A DNA stretch of 64,000 nt, from assembly GCA_965248925.1 (NCBI GenBank), contig CBDFLE010000006.1, positions 2,976,001 through 3,040,000 on the forward strand. Reading direction: 5' to 3'. Source of the stretch: Candidatus Multivoradales bacterium. Its GTDB lineage: Bacteria; Acidobacteriota; Thermoanaerobaculia; Multivoradales; J023. Position numbers and translations under genes: made by a program. Numbering within the stretch: the first letter of the stretch is position 1; the number at the start of each line of letters is the position of its first letter. Positions 47,423 to 56,333 of this stretch are shown piece after piece. The notes beneath the pieces are model-generated. The model was not told the origin of the DNA and did no database searches. It saw only the letters and a list, made by a program, of their open reading frames with translations.

Positions 47423-48892
47423 TTGAGCCAGAGAGGTACTACTAAGGAGCGTGTTTTGCGCCAATTGGGATTGCTGAAGGCAGACCATCGCGGTCAGGTC
47501 GGAGTGATCGAGAGGAGCCTTGGGTTGAAGGGCGATGGCTGTATCGCCCGCTATGTAAACGGAGCGCGAGGGCTGAGTATCGAGCGCTTGGGTCAGATTC
47601 TCGATGGCTTCGGCGGACCGCCAGAGAGGTTCTTCGCCAAGGCATTCGACCTCGAACCCTCATCTCCACCGCCAGCAGTCGGCAGCGGCAGCTGGCTGCT
47701 CCAGACCCTCCACTTGGGCGAACGAGAACCGCAGCCGATCCAAGAGCTTCGCAGAGCTGCCGAAAACTTGCCGACTCAGAGGCCAGATTCGCCGCCGACT
47801 GAAAGCTCGGCCATCCCGTTCGCCCGCGAGAGGGTCCCGCCGATGCTGACCACCGGCACCCTGCGCAAGCGTCGCGAACTCCTCTGCAACCCCATCTGCC
47901 AAAGTGGCGAGTTTGTCCGCCTAGCGGCCAAGATTCTCGATGACCATCGCTACGACAAGCCCCAAGATGCTGCCGCCCTGGCCCACCAGCTAGCAGTGAA
48001 GGTCTGCCCAGGCCTGCCGGCGGCCGAAGCCCACGATGCGTTTGCCACCGCTACTGGGGTCTTCGCCTCCTCGCATCGAATCGCCGCCAGCCACGAGATC
48101 GCTGCCCGTGCCTTGGCGAAGGTCTGTGATTCGGAATCGGCAGCTGTCCTGGGAGACTTGATGCAACGAACTACTGGATTGATGGTCTCCTACGGCCGCT
48201 ACACCGACGCGCTGGCTGCAAACGGCAAGGCGATGTGGATCCACGAGGGAACGGGGGACCTCATTAGGATAGGACAGGCCTCTAGCGAACGGGCAATGGT
48301 CTGTTACTTCGCTGGAGAACTTTCCCGCGCCGCCAACGCCGCGAAGACAAGTCTCGCCATTTTGCCGGCCGAGGAGGCCAGGCACGCCAGCACGGCCCAT
48401 CTCTGTCTGGCTCAGATGGCGATCGCCCAGGGCAACCTAGAAAGTGCGGACGCCTGCCTACGGTTTGCCGCAGACCTTGCCTCGGATATCTACTCGCAAG
48501 CCATGGTCAACTGGGTAGCGTCGGATCTGCTTCAGCTGACGGGGGACTTCGAGCGTGCACAGCTGCAATTGCGCGAGGTAACCGAGGCGCTGTGGACACT
48601 GAATGCCTTCGATGGTGCGTTATCGACCCTTGACTTGCTCAAGCTCTTGATGCGGCACGGAGAAGATGCTGAGGCATTCATCGTTGCCAGCACAGTCAGT
48701 CGGCTACTAAACCCGTACGTCAGCAATCGGATCGCCGAGGCTGCAGCCACCGAGCTGCTGAAGGTGCGCCGCAGCACTGGGCTCAACTTGAGGGCTGTTG
48801 AAGAGGCCCGGACCGCGCTCCAACACGGCAAACGGATGGGCCAAGACCCCCGGGGAGCGCGGCCGGCACGAGTATCTAACCGCCGGGAATAA
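47423..48892 (+). CDS. XRE-type HTH plus TPR-like helical domain regulator
   Basis: N-terminal IERSLG...IARYVNGARGLSIERLGQIL, followed by Ala/Leu-rich TPR-like helices. Confidence 0.7.
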   Translation: MSQRGTTKERVLRQLGLLKADHRGQVGVIERSLGLKGDGCIARYVNGARGLSIERLGQILDGFGGPPERFFAKAFDLEPSSPPPAVGSGSWLLQTLHLGEREPQPIQELRRAAENLPTQRPDSPPTESSAIPFARERVPPMLTTGTLRKRRELLCNPICQSGEFVRLAAKILDDHRYDKPQDAAALAHQLAVKVCPGLPAAEAHDAFATATGVFASSHRIAASHEIAARALAKVCDSESAAVLGDLMQRTTGLMVSYGRYTDALAANGKAMWIHEGTGDLIRIGQASSERAMVCYFAGELSRAANAAKTSLAILPAEEARHASTAHLCLAQMAIAQGNLESADACLRFAADLASDIYSQAMVNWVASDLLQLTGDFERAQLQLREVTEALWTLNAFDGALSTLDLLKLLMRHGEDAEAFIVASTVSRLLNPYVSNRIAEAAATELLKVRRSTGLNLRAVEEARTALQHGKRMGQDPRGARPARVSNRRE

Positions 48893-49436
48893 TCATCGCG
48901 CCGTGCTGCGGCCCGCTTGATGGGGTCCAGATCTCTTTGCTAGTTGGTGTCATCAGATGCTCCTTCCCCCAGCGCAGCACCGGGCGCTGTACGGGAGGTG
49001 TTGGCCGCCAGCGTAGCGACGCTGACAGCAGGGTGTTGGGCGATCCTCCCGGCCTTCTTGGCAGGGGGGGACGTGGCCTCAGCCTATGGCAAGGCTGGGG
49101 TCCGGCAATCGCAGTTCAGACGCGCGACGCGAAACCGTCCGCTGGCCGTGGTCAGACACCGTCGACCGCCAAACCGCGAGGGAGTTTTGAACTCAACTAA
49201 TCGTGATCTAAGTCAGAGAATAACCAAGTTAAAAGGATAAATCTCTGTATTTCGAGTATTCTCTGGGGTGATTTCAATCACAGGATCCGCCCATGACCGT
49301 GAGCCAAAGAGCTAACGCCGTCATCCACCAACGAATCTGGCGAAGATCGCCAAGAAATGGGAAAGGCACAGAAACTGAGAAGGGAAGCTAGCTAGAAATC
49401 TGACCGGGGAGCCAAACCAGCAAGGAAAATATCCAG

Positions 49437-52400
49437 ATGAAGTTCAGACGACCGATCGTGAACCTCGTTATCGTCCTCATCGCTTTCAACGCCCACTCCG
49501 CCCAAGCCGGCACCGCCTGCAGCGGCGTCCTCACTTACCTCGAACAAGGACTCTTCGCTGACCAACCCTCGAACTGCTCCACCGGCGCCCGCTGCTACAC
49601 GCCGGCCATCTCCGGCGCCACCTTCACCCCCGAGGCTGGCTGCGACCCGGCGATCGAATCCTGCGCCATCACCATCGAAGTGCCGATCGACTTCGCCGGC
49701 AACCACCAGAACGATCCCAGCGCCTCGGGCTTCCTCTACAGCTTCGCCACCGTCACGGTGACCCCCAGCGGCGGTGGCACCCTGGGCACCTGCGGTCTCT
49801 CGGGCGCGGTGATCGAGGAAGATCACGGCACCTTAAGCTGGGGCATCACCAGCTCTTGCAGCGACCTGATGGCCAGCTACACGATCACCGCCACCGCCTG
49901 CCCCTGCGTCGGCTTCTTGTGCCCCCACTGCCCGAAAGAAACCACCCAAGTAGTCGACTTCAGCCTGTCGCCCCTCTGCCCACCTCCACCCCCTCCCAGC
50001 GGCTGCCCAGAAGATCAGAATTGCCCTACCTGCGTCGGTGCTGGCGGCGGATTAGGTGGTAGCGCGGGAGGTGGAGGCGGCGGCGCCTCGCCGCCGCAGA
50101 GCGGCCCCGGCGCGCTGCTGCGCTACTACGCGGGCGGCGTCGGCCACCCGACCTACCCCGGCTCGGCCGGCATCACCGCCGAGCTGGGGCGCTACTGGAG
50201 TTACGAGTATGCGGAACGCATCGCTCGCGACCCCGACGACAGCAACGTCTGGCTGCTGACTCGCTACGCTACGTTCCGCCGTTTTACAGACCTAGACATG
50301 GATGGGGACTACGATCGCACCATTCCCAGCGATGAGTACCGCATCCTGACCAAGACCCTGACCGGCTGGACCCTGCTCGATCTAGACGGCACCCTGATGC
50401 AATTCGACGACACCGGCCTATGGTCCTCGACCACCGACCGCAACGGCAACGCCAAGACCGCCACCCGCGATGGCACCGGCCGGCTGACCGCCGTCAGCTT
50501 CCCCGATGGCCGCTCGGAGACCTTCACCTACTCGGCAGGCGGCAAGCTGGACTCGATTACAGAAATTGGAGTAGACGGCACCACCAGTCGAACTTGGGGT
50601 TACACCTACACCGGCCAAGACCTCACCCGCATCGATCGACCCGACGGCACCGCCTGGGTTTTCCTCTACGATGACCCAACCTTGCCGGGCTACATGACCC
50701 GAATGAGTCTGGAGAGTACAAACGCTAGCGAGCGGATCGCGGGCTCCTGGGCCTATGATCCATTTGGCAATGTAGTGCAAATGTGGAAAGGCGCGGCCAA
50801 CTTCAACGATGCCGGCGCCGTCGATCGCTGGTCGATGAGCTTTGACGATCCCCAGCTGCCGATGGTCACCACGGTGACCGACCCAATGGGCGAGATCTCC
50901 ACCTACACCCTGGGCCGCGACTCCGACAGCCGGAAGCCTCGCCTGGAGCAGCTCGAAGGCTCTTGCCCGAGCTGCGGCACTGGCCCCAACAGCCGGCTGT
51001 TCTATGAAGATCCGGCGCACCCCCTGCGCCCCACCCGCCAGATCGACGGTGGCGGCACCACGACGCTGACCACCTACGACGCCAACGGTCAAGCAATCTC
51101 CCGTGTCGAGGCCCTCGGCACGGCGCTGGAGCGCGAAACGACCTGGCAGCGAGATCCCACCTACCCGGCCCTGATCACCGAGATCGAGCGTCCCTCGACC
51201 ACTGGCAGCCCTCTCGATTTCCGCCGTACCACCTTCACCCTCAGTGGCCGAGGCAACGCCACCGACCGGATTGACGAAGGAGTAGAAGACGGCCAACTCT
51301 TCAGCTACACCACCTCAACCACCTACTCTGCCGAAGGCCAGCCCGAAGAGCTTGACCCACCGGGCTACGGCACAGCCGACCTCAGCACGACTATCTGGGA
51401 TGGGACTCGCGGTGGGCTGCTTCCCCAAAGCCGTACGGACCCGCTTGTCGGGGCCACGCTATTCACTTTCGACCCCTTCAACCGCCGCATTTCGACTGTC
51501 GATCCCAATGGTGTTGTCAGTGAAATCCAGTACGACTCGCTCAACCGAGTGCTCTTCGCGATTCAAAAAGGCGCAACACCGACAGAAGACTTGATTACCG
51601 AGCAGCGCTACACCGTCTTTGGCGACCTCTTCCAGACCGTCCTACCGCGCGGCAATGTGATCGAGTTCGGCTACGATTCCGTCGGTCGATTGACTTCTAT
51701 CGAGCGCAAACCCGATGATCTCCCTGACAGTCATGTCGAGCGCACCTTCTACACCCTCGATGGCTTTGGCCACCGTGTCCGCGAGGAGTTGCAAAGCTGG
51801 AGCGGCACAAGCTGGACGAGTCAGTCGACTACCGATTACGTCTACTCCACCCGCTGCCACCTCGACCAGATGATCGAGGCCGCTGGCTCCCCCGAACAGG
51901 CGACCACTGAGTATTCCTACAATTGTGATGGTGACTTGGCGCAACTCTGGGATCCCAACCATCCCTCAGCGGGCCAAACCGCCGCAGCCAGCATGGTCTA
52001 TGCCTACGACTCTCTCAACCGACTTTCGACTCTCAGCCAACCATTCGGAGGCGCAGGTGGAGGCCAAACGATCACCAGCTACGGCTATGACGTCCAGGAT
52101 CATCTCAACTCGGTCACCGACGCTGAAGGAACGATCACCACTCATCTCTATAGCGACCGGGATTTAATGACTTCCGTAGCCTCAGAAGTCTCGGGCCTGA
52201 CGACTCACCGGTACAACGAGCACAGCCAACTCACCGAGACTACAGACGCACGCGGCATCTCAAGTCTACGCATCGTCGACGAACTCGACCGGGTCACCTT
52301 AGTGGCATACCCCAACGATACGATCAACGTTGTCTACAACTACGATGATCCCTTAGTGCCTTTCAGCTTTGGCCGGCTCACCCGGATCGAACGCGATGGG

Positions 52401-54185
52401 CAGTCGATCGACTACCTGTATGATCGGTTCGGTCGCATTGCTCAGGAAGGACAGCTGACCTACATTTTGGATAACAACGGTAACAGGAAGGAGATCCTGT
52501 ATCCCGGTGGGGTGAGAGCGCTCTACACCTTCGATCACGCCGACCGACATCAGACACTCGCCGCCGAGATTTCTAGCCAGGGCATTCAAGCCATCATCAT
52601 GGAGGCCCACTATCAACCGTTTGGCCCGCTTCGCCAGCTTAACCGTGGCAACGGACTCGTAGAAACTCGCCAGCACGATAGTCGCTACCAGCCTGACCGC
52701 ATCACGGTGGCCAGCCCTGGCGGTACTTTGCTCGATTGGGATTATGCGACTGATAGAGTGGGTAACATCACCGCTATCGGCGATCTGCTCGACCCGCTGA
52801 ACAACCGCACCTACGCCTACCAGGACTACCAGTATTTCCTTACCCAGGGCGACGGTCCTTGGGGCATCCTAGCGTGGGCGTACGACAAAATCGGCAACCG
52901 TCTCAGCGAGACTCGGGACGGCGTCAACGATATCTACCAGTACCTCGCCAACGCTGCCGCCACTGGCAACACCGCCAAGATCGACCAGGTGGTGCTCGGT
53001 GCAGGAGGTAATCGGATATACACGTTCGATGCCGCAGGCAACCAGACCGGGATCGATGAGAACGGAGACCCCGTGACTTACTCATTCGATGATGCTGGGC
53101 GCATGTCTCGAATCGACCACCCATCGGCTCAAACTAGCTCCAGAATGCTCTACGATGGCCGTAGCTTCCTGCGCCAGGCTACAGGGCGCGCCCCCTACGG
53201 CGGAGCCGACGCTCTGTTCTGCGACGGCTTCGAAAGCGGCGACACCGGAGGGTGGGCAGGTACTAAGGTCAAGACCGTCAACGCTGGTCGAGGGGCGGGG
53301 GGTTGCTTCGAGACGGTTATCACGCAGCCCACCTATAGCAATGATGGCTTGTTGTACGAGCGGACTGCGGAAAGCGGGCGCGAAGCAGTTATTTACTTCA
53401 ATGGGCTCCCAGTAGCTCAGGCCGATGGGTCAGGACTCGAGAATCTCTCTGTTGATCATCTTGGCACGCCTTTGCTGTTGACAGCGGATAGAGGTGTGAA
53501 GAGCTGGAGTGGAGGGTTTGAGCCATTTGGCAATGACTTTGCGGGTGCGCAGACGGCGGGGATGTTCCTGCGATTCCCTGGTCAATGGGAGGATGCAGCC
53601 TGGAAGTCTAAGTTCGACGTTTCCTACAACGTCTACCGGTGGTATGTTCAGGGGACTTCTCGATACTCTAGGGTCGATCCCTTGAGCAGAATGACTCTCC
53701 ACTCTACTCGCTCCAGAGATGGAGACTACCAGTATGGAAGATCTCAGCCTACAGCGAGAGTCGACCCACTTGGCCTCTGTTCTCCAGGACCAGACATGAC
53801 AAAATGTCTGTTATTTATCTTTGGTGAGAGCCCAACTGGCGTGAGAATCACTCCGAAGATAAAGGAGAATTCAGACTGGGCTTCAACTACCCGCAAGAAT
53901 CGAATCATCCCGTATATTGAATGCGGTGACTTTTTCTCAAACCCCGCACTAATTCTTGAAGAGTACTACCACGTGCTGCGGCAGTGGAATACTGGACGCA
54001 TGACTCGAATTTCCTACTTGGTAGATTATGCAAGAAATGGCTACCAAGGAAGCAAATATGAGATTGAGGCAAAGACTTTTGTTGCCTGGAATCTAAGAGA
54101 CTTCAAAGATTGCCTTAGTTGCCCAAGCTCGGTCCCTGGCGGAATAGGGCCTGGTGGTGTTCGTTTTTCTGGATTTCCAAAATGA
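49437..54185 (+). CDS. Sec-exported Rhs/YD-repeat polymorphic toxin
   Basis: Signal peptide, a Cys-rich N-terminus and many YD repeats. Core DHLGTP...LRFPGQW...YNVYRWY...DPL...YG..QP...VDPLGL, then a variable C-terminal domain. Confidence 0.93.
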   Translation: MKFRRPIVNLVIVLIAFNAHSAQAGTACSGVLTYLEQGLFADQPSNCSTGARCYTPAISGATFTPEAGCDPAIESCAITIEVPIDFAGNHQNDPSASGFLYSFATVTVTPSGGGTLGTCGLSGAVIEEDHGTLSWGITSSCSDLMASYTITATACPCVGFLCPHCPKETTQVVDFSLSPLCPPPPPPSGCPEDQNCPTCVGAGGGLGGSAGGGGGGASPPQSGPGALLRYYAGGVGHPTYPGSAGITAELGRYWSYEYAERIARDPDDSNVWLLTRYATFRRFTDLDMDGDYDRTIPSDEYRILTKTLTGWTLLDLDGTLMQFDDTGLWSSTTDRNGNAKTATRDGTGRLTAVSFPDGRSETFTYSAGGKLDSITEIGVDGTTSRTWGYTYTGQDLTRIDRPDGTAWVFLYDDPTLPGYMTRMSLESTNASERIAGSWAYDPFGNVVQMWKGAANFNDAGAVDRWSMSFDDPQLPMVTTVTDPMGEISTYTLGRDSDSRKPRLEQLEGSCPSCGTGPNSRLFYEDPAHPLRPTRQIDGGGTTTLTTYDANGQAISRVEALGTALERETTWQRDPTYPALITEIERPSTTGSPLDFRRTTFTLSGRGNATDRIDEGVEDGQLFSYTTSTTYSAEGQPEELDPPGYGTADLSTTIWDGTRGGLLPQSRTDPLVGATLFTFDPFNRRISTVDPNGVVSEIQYDSLNRVLFAIQKGATPTEDLITEQRYTVFGDLFQTVLPRGNVIEFGYDSVGRLTSIERKPDDLPDSHVERTFYTLDGFGHRVREELQSWSGTSWTSQSTTDYVYSTRCHLDQMIEAAGSPEQATTEYSYNCDGDLAQLWDPNHPSAGQTAAASMVYAYDSLNRLSTLSQPFGGAGGGQTITSYGYDVQDHLNSVTDAEGTITTHLYSDRDLMTSVASEVSGLTTHRYNEHSQLTETTDARGISSLRIVDELDRVTLVAYPNDTINVVYNYDDPLVPFSFGRLTRIERDGQSIDYLYDRFGRIAQEGQLTYILDNNGNRKEILYPGGVRALYTFDHADRHQTLAAEISSQGIQAIIMEAHYQPFGPLRQLNRGNGLVETRQHDSRYQPDRITVASPGGTLLDWDYATDRVGNITAIGDLLDPLNNRTYAYQDYQYFLTQGDGPWGILAWAYDKIGNRLSETRDGVNDIYQYLANAAATGNTAKIDQVVLGAGGNRIYTFDAAGNQTGIDENGDPVTYSFDDAGRMSRIDHPSAQTSSRMLYDGRSFLRQATGRAPYGGADALFCDGFESGDTGGWAGTKVKTVNAGRGAGGCFETVITQPTYSNDGLLYERTAESGREAVIYFNGLPVAQADGSGLENLSVDHLGTPLLLTADRGVKSWSGGFEPFGNDFAGAQTAGMFLRFPGQWEDAAWKSKFDVSYNVYRWYVQGTSRYSRVDPLSRMTLHSTRSRDGDYQYGRSQPTARVDPLGLCSPGPDMTKCLLFIFGESPTGVRITPKIKENSDWASTTRKNRIIPYIECGDFFSNPALILEEYYHVLRQWNTGRMTRISYLVDYARNGYQGSKYEIEAKTFVAWNLRDFKDCLSCPSSVPGGIGPGGVRFSGFPK

Positions 54186-54562
54186 AAACTACACTTCTTC
54201 TTATTCGCTTGTCTCTTGTAGTTCCCATCATGGCTTCTTGTGCCTACTTAAGAGTCGGCGACAATGCGATCCGAGTACAAGGTGAGGTTGCTAGCGGCCT
54301 TAACGTGACCGTGTCATGCTCGATAGAGTTGAGATCTCACCCGGAAGGTTACATCTTGCATTCCCTGCCGATTGACCAGGTTTTTGACTCGACATTGACG
54401 GTTAGCCCACGTCGTGCGATCTATCGGATTGCTATTGTCTGCTCAGGCTATGATGAGATCTATGAGTCAGAACCGATTGAAGTGCGAGATACTAGATACT
54501 ATCATTCGCCTATTGATCTTGGAAGACTGCCACTTAATCCTAAAGACCCTGCGGGCCTGTAG
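54182..54562 (+). CDS. Putative Rhs immunity lipoprotein
   Basis: ATGA overlap with the Rhs stop, lipobox-like MASC and visibly lower GC than the flanks. Confidence 0.7.
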   Translation: MKTTLLLIRLSLVVPIMASCAYLRVGDNAIRVQGEVASGLNVTVSCSIELRSHPEGYILHSLPIDQVFDSTLTVSPRRAIYRIAIVCSGYDEIYESEPIEVRDTRYYHSPIDLGRLPLNPKDPAGL

Positions 54563-55151
54563 AGATCATTGGCTAAGAAGATTGCCCCCGTCAACTCCGG
54601 CTCGGGGAATTGCACCGCCGTAAGAAAGCTAACCCTGGCCATACTAGTGACTCTATGGCAGAGCGGCCGGAAACCAGCAGTGGAGAAACATGATGAAGAA
54701 TCTCAAGCTCCTAGCATCGTCGACGATCCTAATCGCCGGGCTCTGAGAGGAACCACGGTAATCGATGGCATTTCTCCCACAGCAATTGATGGTCATCACC
54801 AGATGCGGGGTCCGGTTGCCGCGCCTCCGGCGCGGGACCATGTCATTCTTGGCCGGTTTCTTCTCGTTCTCAGCAACATCCCTTCAATCCGTGCTGCTGC
54901 AAACTACTGGCGACAGGACACTTACAGTGGTCACGATAGTTGAGGGGGAATATGCCTCGACCCTCGCTATTCTTGATCAGAAGCAGCTGTCTTGACCTCG
55001 ATGATTCTGATCATGCTCAACACCATCGCGTCGTGGTCAACTCGACGCCGATCAAAACCCTCTCCATCATCGGTCAGCTGAATCTCTGGCGAAGCCTGTA
55101 TGAGAGGGTCTCTATTCCACCAGCGGTCCACCGCGGCTATGATTGGCAGCT

Positions 55152-55577
55152 ATGAACCCACCCCCGTTCCATCTCGCGTTTCCAGTCACCGATATCGAGG
55201 CCACCCGGCGGTTCTACGTTGATTTGCTGGGTTGCCGGGAGGGCCGTAGCGCTGAGCAGTGGGTCGATTTCGACTTTCATGGTCATCAGCTTTCGGCTCA
55301 CTTGCGACCGGCCAAGGAGATCAGCCGGCCGGCCAATGAGGTCGATGGCAAACAAGTTCCGATTCCCCACTTCGGTCTGGTCTTGCCCGCCGAGACGTGG
55401 CGCGCGCTCGCCGACCGGCTGGCGGCGGCGGGAGTGGAATTTGTCATCGAGCCCTACACCCGCTTCGCCGGCCTGCCGGGGGAACAGGGTACGTTCTTCG
55501 TCTTGGATCCAAGTGGTAATACGCTCGAGTTCAAGACCTTTGCCGATCCCGAGCGCCTGTTCGCCACCGGCCGCTAG
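55152..55577 (+). CDS. VOC/glyoxalase family protein
   Basis: PFHLAFPV.D....RFY..LLGC.EGRS, WVDFDF.GHQL.AH, PHFG, DPSGN.LEFK. Confidence 0.92.
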   Translation: MNPPPFHLAFPVTDIEATRRFYVDLLGCREGRSAEQWVDFDFHGHQLSAHLRPAKEISRPANEVDGKQVPIPHFGLVLPAETWRALADRLAAAGVEFVIEPYTRFAGLPGEQGTFFVLDPSGNTLEFKTFADPERLFATGR

Positions 55578-55736
55578 GGGCAGAACCAGCTGCCGGCTGG
55601 CGATCTTTGCAACCTTTACTGCTTCCTCAAACAGGGTCTTGGTTCGCTAGACAAGGTCTGGCGAAGCTGCTCTATCTACAGCTTCTCGGCGCGGTAAGCT
55701 GGAGCGACAGACCTTCTAGCCCAGCCGAGGTAGCCA

Positions 55737-56333
55737 ATGGCCGAAGCAACTCCCAAGAATTCCAGGGGGAGGGTGACACGGTTGCTCCAGCAGTGGAGCA
55801 GCGGTGATCAAGCCGCCCTGGACGAGCTGATGCCGCTGATCCACGCCGAGCTGCGGCAGCAGGCGAGTGGCTGCTTGCGACGCGAGCGCCAGGGCCACAC
55901 GTTGGAGACTTCAGCATTGGTCAATGAGGCCTTCCTGAGGTTGGTGGATCAGGATCAGGTGCGGTGGCAGAGTCGCGCTCACTTCTTGGCGATCGCTGGC
56001 CGCCAGATGCGTCGCATCTTGGTCGACCACGCCCGCCGCCACGGAGCCGCCAAGCGGGGCGGTGGGGTGGAGCCGGTGCCGATCGATGAGGTCGAGCCGG
56101 CGGCCGCGGAACTGCGCCCGGATCTGCTGGCTCTCGACCAGGCTCTAGAACGGCTGGCTGAGGACGATTCCGAGAGTGCCCGGGTGGTCGAGTTGCGCTA
56201 CTTCGCCGGTCTCAACCGCGAGGAGATTGCCGAGGTGATGCACATGTCCTCGGCGTCGATCACCCGCCGTTGGCGGGTAGCCAGGGCTTGGCTCTATCGC
56301 GAACTGGCCGGGCAGGAGCCGCAGGATGAATGA
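55737..56333 (+). CDS. ECF sigma factor, TIGR02999/ECF43-like
   Basis: VTRLLQQWSSGD, HTLETSALVNEAFLRL, MRRILVDHARR..AAKRGGG, ELRYFAGL. Confidence 0.93.
   Translation: MAEATPKNSRGRVTRLLQQWSSGDQAALDELMPLIHAELRQQASGCLRRERQGHTLETSALVNEAFLRLVDQDQVRWQSRAHFLAIAGRQMRRILVDHARRHGAAKRGGGVEPVPIDEVEPAAAELRPDLLALDQALERLAEDDSESARVVELRYFAGLNREEIAEVMHMSSASITRRWRVARAWLYRELAGQEPQDE

Noticed and set aside
48937-49240. Small ORFs after the XRE-TPR gene as a signalling-peptide gene
   Set aside because: No clear RBS or N-terminal signal peptide, so they cannot be supported.
49437-54562. Rhs as part of a T6SS or Tc toxin locus
   Set aside because: No PAAR, VgrG, EagR/DUF1795 or TcA/TcB genes in the window, and the protein has a Sec signal.
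45153-55140. Prophage or intact ICE
   Set aside because: No integrase, relaxase, structural genes, tRNA target or att repeats were seen.
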